In this document: positions 55,781 to 64,000 of the stretch, one piece after another
How positions within the stretch are numbered: the first letter of the stretch is position 1
Layout: each line of letters opens with the position of its first letter
Assembly (NCBI GenBank): GCA_951406725.2
Contig: OX597816.1
Location: forward strand, 40,858,001 to 40,922,000
Length of the DNA: 64,000 nucleotides
Reading direction: 5' to 3'
Origin: Octopus vulgaris
Taxonomy: Eukaryota
Made by a program: the position numbers and the translations under genes
Notes under the pieces: generated by a model
The model's database searches: none
Told to the model about the DNA's origin: nothing
The model's input: the letters and a program-made list of their open reading frames with translations, nothing else

Positions 55781-56591
55781 TTGGCATTGATACCTGGATT
55801 TCACCGCTTGCCAAAAGGATTTGCCCTGCCATACTTTTAAACAAATACTGTTATTTTCCTTCCTCTCGAACAGTTGCCCTCTCTGTAAATGCAAAAACGG
55901 TAAATTATCTCACGATAAAATTTTATGACAACTGAAATATAAAGCCCAAAGTGAGATCAACAAAACTGAATTCGAGAATTACAAATTATGCATTGTGAAG
56001 GAAGGGTGTTCTTCTTCCATTCAGGACTCACGCCATTAGCTACAAAGAATCATCTGTAATTTGTACCTACTCTAAGCTACTAAGAATGCGTGTAGCAACT
56101 TGAAGATCCACCCACCAAACGCGATAGAATGGCGGTTGCACGGGCGCGAAAGCTACGTTGTTATCCTCATTCCGTGAACGGTGGCTTTTAACGGGTGGAG
56201 AGCTGAACCATCCTTCGTTAGAGAGGAATCGCAATCTAGACTAGGGTGTGAAAGTTTACCATACGATAGTGGGTTATACCATTGTTCCTCTGCTTTGTGT
56301 CAGAAGTAGGAAGAAAGAGTGAGAGACAGTTGTGGCGAGAGAGTACAGCGGGGTTCACCACCTCTTCGCGCCGGGGTCTCGTGGAGCTTAAGTGTTTTTC
56401 TTCAATAAACACTCACAAGGCCTGGCCTGAGAATCGAAACCGCGGCTTTTACGACCGCGAGTCTGCTTCCCTAAACACTAGGCTATTACGCCTCCACAGG
56501 AAGGGTGTTGGACTACGTGCTCGACTTGTGGCAGCTTATAATTGCAGTGATGTCACCCAAGACAGAATAGATAACCTTAACATTATGTGCA
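55781..56591 (+). repeat. Direct copy of MITE-internal segment 54862..55140, interrupted by a SINE
   Basis: TTTGGCATTGATACCTGGATTTCACC... and ACCCAAGACAGAATAGATAACCTTAACATTA are shared. Confidence 0.88.
56011..56497 (-). mobile_element. Full-length SINE S1 with a 12-bp target-site duplication
   Basis: TSD AGGAAGGGTGTT at 55999..56010 and 56498..56509; tRNA-like head; tail ends GAATGGAAGAAG. Confidence 0.9.
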
Positions 56592-57032
56592 CCAAATTTT
56601 TTTATTTGTGATGTGGTGCGTGTCCTTTGTAGAAACACTATGACAAACACACATACTCTCACTAACGGACACACACGCACACACACAAGTACGTATCTGT
56701 GTATTTATTTGCGTGTATATACGTGTGTATGTATGTGTCTATGAATGAATCTATACGCGAACCAAGCAGGTGATGAAGTCGTTCAGTAGCGTGAAAAAAG
56801 AAAAAAACATTTCGGAAAGGTTGTCGTAGTCGGAAAGGTTGTCGTAGTCGGAAAGGTTGCTGTGGATCAGCTACATCATTTAAAATATATGTTAGCCTAG
56901 CATTTTAAATCAAAATCAAAACCTCCACAAATGGTTTTGAAAGAAGCAGCAATGGAAGTTATTTCTGTTTGATGACTTGAATGCACACACACATACATAT
57001 ATGTATATAAACATACGCACATACACACACGC

Positions 57033-57091
<59 letters not shown>

Positions 57092-57303
57092 AACACACAC
57101 AGGCATGTATACAAACATATAGAAGAAAACAATACATACTACGTACACATACAGAAACAGATTTTTCTTTAACAAAACCTGGAAACCTCTGAAAGAATAT
57201 GAGAATGGAATCTTCGAAAAGCAGGATGGTGATGTTTGATTTGAATTGGTGTGGATATACACAAATAGACCCACATTCATATATACAAACGCGTATTCAT
57301 GTA

Positions 57304-57344
<41 letters not shown>

Positions 57345-57964
57345 GTACGCTACACTTGAAAATTACCTAGCTTGGATCTACAGCATCCTACATGTTCAAA
57401 TACCTATGATTCTGGCAACTTTATACACAGATACATATACCATAACTATACATACATACATACATATATACATACATACATAATACATACATACATAATA
57501 CATACATACATACATATACACATACATACATACATACATACATACATACATACATACGTACATACATACGTACATGCATACATACCTACATACATACATA
57601 CATATATACAAACATACATACACACATACATAAATATACATACATGCATGCATGCATAGATACACATGATAAATTTGCGGTTACTCTAACTAGTTCAGGT
57701 TTATGCATATAATCATTGGTGCACTGGGATATGTAACACTGCCTAAATACCAATCTTGAGAAATTTGGTTCCTCAAAACCAAAAAGGAGAAAACTAATTC
57801 GAAGACTACTGATCGAAGTCATCCCTAGAACTGTAAAATTCTCCAGAGGTATATCATTTGGGTATACATGAGTATATCTAGATATGCAACTGTATACAAG
57901 AGAATATATGAATTAAACAAACATACAAATCTGCATATTTACATACATACAAATATACATATAT

Positions 57965-58347
57965 CGTGGCACTCCGTCAGTTGCGACGATGAGGAATCCA
58001 GTTGATCCGATCAACGGAACTGTCTGCTCGTGAAATTAACGTGCAAGTGGATGAGGAATCCACAAATACATGTATCCTCAAAAGTAGTTCTCGGGGAGAT
58101 TCAGCATGACACAAAGTGTGACGAGCCTGGCCCTTTCAAATACAAGTACAACAGAAACGGGAAGAAAGAGTGAGAGAATGTTGTGGTGGAAGAATACAGT
58201 AGGGTTCGCAACCACCTCCTGCCGGAGCATCGTGGAGATTTAGGTGTTTTCGATTAATGAGACTCACAACGCCCATCCCGGGAATCGAAACCGCGACCCT
58301 ATGACCGCGAGTCCGCTGCCCTAACCACTGGGCCATTTCGCCTCCAC
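57965..58347 (-). mobile_element. SINE S1 (head shared with 1087 and 56497), different 3' half
   Basis: Minus strand GGAGGCGAAATGGCCCAGTGGTTAGGGCAGCGGAC...GGTTTCGATTCC. Confidence 0.88.
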
Positions 58348-58490
58348 ACATACATACAGACATACTTACATATATGCACGTAGATATTTGTGTTTTATAG
58401 CTGCCTCTCCTTCCAACTCCCTCACCTCTTTCTATATATACATACACATTTACATGTTCATACATAGATACATATGTGAGTATATATATG

Positions 58491-58590
58491 CATACATATA
58501 AGAGCGATGACCACTAAGTGGACATCCAATATGGGGTCTACATCTAGCATATTGGTTGCCCACTTAGTTGTCATCCCTCTTATATGTATG
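58491..58590. repeat. Small fold-back palindrome, about 43 bp arms
   Basis: AGAGCGATGACCACTAAGTGGACATCCAATATG is inverted as CATATTGGTTGCCCACTTAGTTGTCATCCCTCT. Confidence 0.85.
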
Positions 58591-58744
58591 TAATATAATT
58601 TTTTGGAATCTTCAAACTTTTTCAATGTCGTAGGCCACTTGTTTAAATTGATAGTAATCAAATTAGTATTGAATTGTTCACCCTTATTTAAATTTATATA
58701 GATACATATGTATATATAGCAAGTAAGAAATAGCTTTTTAGCTT

Positions 58745-58807
<63 letters not shown>

Positions 58808-58883
58808 TATGTGATCTCTTGAGCACCACCAGCTCAAATATTTTTTCCTCTGTCTTCCCTTCTTGGGATCTTTCCTTCTCCTT

Positions 58884-58918
58884 GTTTCCGACGAAGAGCT
58901 CCGCTCGAAACGTTAAAC
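58884..58918 (+). ncRNA. Minimal hammerhead motif (CCGACGA core) in repeat about 58835..59022
   Basis: GTTT-CCGACGA-A-GAGC tcc GCTC-GAAAC-GTT-AAAC; stem III is the loopless palindrome ACGT. Confidence 0.68.
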
Positions 58919-59711
58919 CCTCCTTCCCTTCTTTCCTGAGTGTCAATAATACTTTAATTGTTCCACGTCCTGCGTTGCTGTTTTTTTCTTCTTTTTTCTG
59001 TGTTTTCTTGTTTGGATTAACTTTATTTGCATATATATGTATGTATGTATGTATGTATATGTATGTGTATGTATGTATGTATGTATATATATATGTGTAT
59101 GTGTGTATGTGAGTGTGTATCTGTGTGTATGTATGTATGTATGTATGTATGTATGTATGTATGTATGTATGTATGTATGTATATATTCATAACCTATGTA
59201 GATGAGTGTATTTGAATATATGTACGCATGTATTTTGACCGAAAAAGTAGATACTTTATTTTTAACGATCGGATAAGCACGAATGAAAGAGAATGATGAT
59301 GGATGAAACGGGTGTGAGGTTTCTGTGGCAGGAATTCAACTTTACTACAGGATGGAAAAAATTCAAGTCCCAAAAGTAATTCACTGAAAGAACAAAACTT
59401 TTTTTTTTTTTTTTAACATTTCCTTTGAGAATAATTTGTCTGGAAATGTTGCAATTTTCGCTGCTTCAATTCATCCTGTATCTATAGAGCACGAAGCCGC
59501 GCAAAAAATGTTTCCGTAACTCTATTTCTTTGGTTAGGTTGTGAATCGTTCTCTACTTACCCCTATATAAGCATGTACCCGTTTATGCATGTATGAAGAT
59601 TTGAATGCATAAATATAATGCACATACGCATACATATATATATATGTCTGTGTGTGTGTGTGTGTGTGTGTGTAAATATGTGTACATGTATGTGTGTGTA
59701 AATATACGTAC

Positions 59712-59749
<38 letters not shown>

Positions 59750-60171
59750 TTATATATATATATGTGTGTATATATGTATACACATATAGATAGATAGATA
59801 GATAGATATAGATGTAGGTATGTACATATATGTATGTATGTATGCATATGTTTTATTTATTAAACTGTTATTATATATATGTACGTATGTATACATGTGT
59901 ATATGTTTGCATATGAATAAGGGTGCATGCATGCGTGTACATAGGGTTGAATGTAGGCATTTGGGGTTGATTAAATTCTTCTGAAAAGAATTTCGTACGA
60001 TACAGAAAGATTCACCTTGAAAACCAGAAACAAGGTTCTTTCAAAATTAATTAAACACCATCTAGATATCCATACATGGATATGTAAGCATATGCCTATA
60101 ACTGTATACACACAAACGTTTGGCACATGCGCATATACTGTACATGGTTATATCATATATATATATATATA

Positions 60172-60544
60172 TTTTTTCTTACTTGTTTCAGTCATTTGAC
60201 TGTGGCCATGCTGGAGCACCGCCTTTAGTCGAACAAATCGACCCCGGGACTTATTCTTTGTAAGCCCAGTACTTATTCTATCGGTCTCTTTTGCCGAACC
60301 GCTAAGTGACGGGGACGTAAACACACCAGCATCGGTTGTCAAGCAATGCTAGGGGGACAAACACATACACACATATATACGACAGGCTTCTTTCAGTTTC
60401 CGTCTACCAAATCCACTCACAAGGCATTGGTCGGCCCGGGGCTATAGCAGAAGACACTTGTCCAAGATGCCACACAGTGGGACTGAACCCGGAACCATGT
60501 GGTTGGTTAGCAAGCTACTTACCACACAGCCACTCCTGCGCCTA
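60172..60544 (-). mobile_element. Full-length SINE S2; a second, partial copy lies at 60563..60942
   Basis: Head GGCGCAGGAGTGGCTGTGTGGTAAG...GGGTTCAGTCCC; tail GGCGGTGCTCCAGCATGGCC.CAG...CTGAAACAAGTAA. Confidence 0.9.
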
Positions 60545-60806
60545 TATATATGTATTTTTTTCTTTTATTCTTGTACTTGTTTCAGTCATTTGACTGACCC
60601 CAGGACTTATTCTTTGTAAGACTAGTACTTATTCTATCTGTCTCTTTTGCCGAACCGCTGAGTTACGGGAACGTAAACACACCAGCAGCGGTTTTCAAGC
60701 GATGTGGTGGGAGGACAAACGCAGACACACACACACACACACACACATACACACACACACGCGCACACACACATACATACACACGCACACACACACACAC
60801 ACACAT

Positions 60807-60886
<80 letters not shown>

Positions 60887-61076
60887 TACGGGCTTCTTTC
60901 ACTTTCCGTCTACCAAATCCACTCGCAAAGCTTTAGTCGGTTATACTCAAGTATAACAAACCGAAATTGCAAAGATAATCTGGAACTCGACTGAGGAAAG
61001 AAAACTCCGAATGACCTCTCCTTGTTTTCTTTAGATCATTTATTTGGATGTTTTGTGTTCTTGTCCCATTTTGTAT

Positions 61077-61115
<39 letters not shown>

Positions 61116-61284
61116 CTCCAAGAAAGTTAGGGGTTGTGGGTCCAACCCACTAAGGGATAATATTTATCCAATATACTGTTGGTATATAATACCCAATTAT
61201 TAATACACAAGTGTTTTTAATTGCAATTTACTTATTGTATTAAATGGGTGAAGGTAAAGAGATAGTTTACCATTAATTTATATT

Positions 61285-61790
61285 GCAAATAAGAAACTGG
61301 AGAAGCACAATAGTTGGTTCATCAACCTTAGGACATGAAAATGTTAACCTATTTATTTATTAAAATGATAATTATAATAACATACATATAGCATATGTAC
61401 GTTATGCATATAAAATAAGAATACAAGCAATTATTAAGAAACTTGTATATAAATTATTAAAATCATTTACAGCTGTTTCAGCCCATAGAAAAAAGCATCT
61501 CTTTCTGCCTATATTAGTCAAACACTTGCCTATTACTACAATACACTTGACTAATATAGGCAGGATGAGATGCTTTTATCTATGGGCTGAAACAGCTGTA
61601 AATGATTTTAATAATCTATATTCATGGTTTTAAATACGTGCTTCTATTCTTATTTTATATGCATAGAGTAATATGCTATATGTATGTTATTATAATTATC
61701 ATTTTAATAAATAAATAAATAAATAAGTTAACATTTTAATGTCCTAAAGTTGATGAACCAAATATTGTGCTTCTCCATTTTCTTATTTGC
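61285..61790. repeat. Diverged fold-back palindrome (arms 61285..61521 and 61547..61790) with the 3' half of a hammerhead
   Basis: AATCATTTACAGCTGTTTCAGCCCATAGA is inverted as TCTATGGGCTGAAACAGCTGTAAATGATT. GAAAC-agct-GTA is a palindromic stem III with a GUA site. Confidence 0.9.
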
Positions 61791-61845
61791 TACAGTAGCA
61801 TCCAGCCTTAGGGGTTAGCCACATTTAAATGCCAAATATACTTCA

Positions 61846-61884
<39 letters not shown>

Positions 61885-61937
61885 GTATATTTAGCATTTA
61901 AATGTGGCTAACCCCTAAGACTGGATGCTACTGTAGC
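61789..61937. repeat. 57-bp inverted arms around a (TA)n tract; the right arm continues as the 10872-family repeat
   Basis: GCTACAGTAGCATCCAG..TTAGGGGTTAGCCACATTTAAATGC.AAATATACTTCA and its reverse complement at 61881..61937. Confidence 0.9.
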
Positions 61938-62159
61938 TTGTAGCCCCAGGAGGACACCTCATCCAGCTGGCTATTGAAACACTTTCTGTGCCACTACTTG
62001 CAAAGGGAAGCCATCATTTCCGTCTTCAACCTATGATAGACATGGACTCGAGTTTAAATATAGTAAATCCCCCACAAAACACGAAGAACAAACACAAGAA
62101 AAAATACACAACGCGAGGACGTGGTACGTGCAAAATACTCAGGGTAGGAAAGAAAGGTG

Positions 62160-62194
62160 GTTTTACGTTTCGAGCAATGCTATTCTTCAGAAAC
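62160..62194 (-). ncRNA. Minimal hammerhead motif with canonical CUGAAGA core in repeat about 62065..62260
   Basis: Minus strand GTTT-CTGAAGA-A-tAGC att GCTC-GAAAC-GTA-AAAC; one mismatch at the base of stem II. Confidence 0.72.
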
Positions 62195-62290
62195 AAGACA
62201 CAGAGGAAAGTCCAAGGGAAAAGGAAGACAGAGGGAAAAAATCGCCAACGATTCACATGTGGTTACAATTTGAACTGACCGGAAGGGTAT

Positions 62291-62520
62291 GGGTCGAGCT
62301 GGCAGAATCGTTAGCACGCCGGGCGAAATGCGTAGCCGTATTTCGTCTGCCTTTACGTTCTGAGTTCAAATTCCGCCGAGGTCGACTTTGCCTTCCATCC
62401 TTTCGGGGTCGATAAATTAAGTACCAGTTACGCACTGGGTCGATGTAATCGACTTAATACCTATGTCTGTCCTTGTTTGTCCCCTCTATGTTTAGCCCCT
62501 TGTGGGTAATAAAGAAATAG
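62291..62520 (+). mobile_element. SINE S3, full length, probable TSD GGTATGGGT
   Basis: GAGCTGGCAGAATCGTTAGC...GAGTTCAAATTCC boxes; direct repeat at 62286..62294 and 62520..62528. Confidence 0.88.
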
Positions 62521-62797
62521 GTATGGGTAAAGAAAAGGGTCTGTCTAATGCAGGGCAGTGTAAAAGAAGGAGGTATGTTTGTGTATGTGTGCGTGTGTGC
62601 GTGCACGCAAGTCTGTGTGTATGTGTATGTTTGTGTATGAGTTGTGTGTGTAGTGTTTGTGTGGTGTTTGCTATTTATACGCGTATGTGTCAGTGAACTT
62701 TGTGTATCTTAATGCTGTAGGAAGAATTAAGCGGCGTGGTAACAGGAGTGGCTGTCCTTTGTGTAGTTGTGCGCTTTTCAAATGCGCACAGAGGAAT

Positions 62798-63028
62798 GTA
62801 TTTCTTTACTGCGCACAAGGGTCTAAACATAGAGGGGACAAACAAGGACAGACAAAGGGTTTTAAGTCGATTACATCGACCCCAGTGGGAAATTGGTACT
62901 TTATTTATCGACCCCGAAAGGATGAAAGGCAAAGTCGACCTCGGCGGAATTTGAACTCAGAACCTAACGACAGACGAAATACGGCTACGCATTTCGCACG
63001 GCGTGCTAAGGTTTCTGTCAGCTCGCCG
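62798..63028 (-). mobile_element. SINE S3, inverted relative to the 62291 copy
   Basis: Reverse-complement match over about 220 bp. Confidence 0.88.
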
Positions 63029-63061
63029 GTCAGTGGAAAGGTGCTTGACTGACCATTTGAA

Positions 63062-63915
63062 GTATATGTGTGCGTGTATGTATATATTGTGTGTTTTGTG
63101 TGTGGTGTGTGCGTGCGTCTGTGTGAGTGTTGGTGCGTGTATGTATACGTATGTGTATGTGCGTGTGTATATCTGTGTGTGTGTTGGGGTTGTGTGTGTA
63201 AAGTTATATGTGCTTTCCTCTGAATTTGTGTGCGTGTGTATGCCCATGTATGTGTAATTGTGTGTGTGTATGTATGAGTGTGTGTTGCGTGTAAGCGAAG
63301 TATGTGTGCATTCCTGTGCGTGTGCGCTTGTGTGTATGATTGTGTGTATGTATATGTGTGTGTGCGTGTGCGCGCTTGCTTGTGTGTTAGGTATGTGTGC
63401 ATTCCTGTGCATTTGTTCACGTGTGTAGATGTGTATGTGCATGTGTGCTTGTGTGTGTATGTGCGCGTATTGGTGTGCTTGTGCGTAAGTGTGACCTGTG
63501 TGCGCATGCATGTGTGTGTGTTGTGTGTGTGCATGTATGGGCGTGTTGTGTGTGCGTGGTGTGTCGAGAGGTATATGGGCATTCATATGTGTGCGCGTGC
63601 GTGCATGTTTGTGAATGTATGCGTGTGTGTATGTGTGTGTATGAGCGTGTGTGTATGTGAGTGTGTGCGTGGGGTTTTGTTTGTGGAGGTATACGTGCGT
63701 GTTATGTGCGTGCGTGTATGCGTGTGCGTGTGTGTTTATGTGCGTGTGCTTGCATACATGTGTGTGTATGCGTTTGCATGTCTGTGCGTTGTGTGTATGT
63801 GTGTAATATTTGTGGGATGTATATGTGAGGTGTATGTGCGTTCATGTGTGTGCGCGTCCGTGTATGTGTGCGTGTGTGTGTATACGTACGTGTGTGTATG
63901 TATGTGTGCTTGTAT
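63062..63915. repeat. Long degenerate (GT)n / alternating purine-pyrimidine tract
   Basis: Directly visible. Confidence 0.95.
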
Positions 63916-64000
63916 TCAGAAATAAAATAAAATATAATAAAATAAGAACGATGGAAAATGGGAAAAACGGGGGAAGGGTACAATTGAAAAAATAAATAAA

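Noticed and set aside
56811-56860. 18-bp tandem repeat TCGGAAAGGTTGTCGTAG x about 2.7 (also a 28-bp duplication at 49802..49854)
   Set aside because: Simple tandem duplications with no spacers; not CRISPR.
61881-61975. Twister or HDV-like ribozyme in the GGCTAACCCC...TAGCCCCAGGAGG repeat
   Set aside because: The required pseudoknot pairings could not be fitted.

Overview
AT-rich, microsatellite-saturated eukaryotic DNA. The repeat landscape looks like a coleoid cephalopod, probably Octopus (my inference, not checked). Nearly all ORFs in the supplied track are translations of (TA)n, (CA)n, (TATC)n, (ATT)n or (TACA)n. The only clearly intact gene is a 984-aa APE-endonuclease/reverse-transcriptase ORF2 of a CR1-group LINE (35648..38602, minus). 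It is preceded by a frameshifted ORF1 with a Myb/SANT-like and a CCCH motif, and its 3' tail is shared by a SINE family in the window. Also present: two Tc1 relics, mariner, Chapaev3-like and Helitron relics, a twin-primed 5'-inverted Tx1/L1 3' fragment inside a (TATC)n array, three tRNA-headed SINE families, MITE-like elements, and a tentative phase-consistent minus-strand exon chain (about 28-34 kb). The most striking structure is non-coding. A set of short elements, mostly next to (TA)n, carry minimal hammerhead-ribozyme (HHR) motifs of the Penelope-like-element type (about 9 motif copies, most degenerate), and such elements repeatedly occur as fold-back palindromes. The best case is a near-perfect 2 x 385 bp palindrome (23942..24733) with a near-canonical hammerhead in each arm. 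There is also a tRNA-headed SINE that ends in a hammerhead module (29707..30043).
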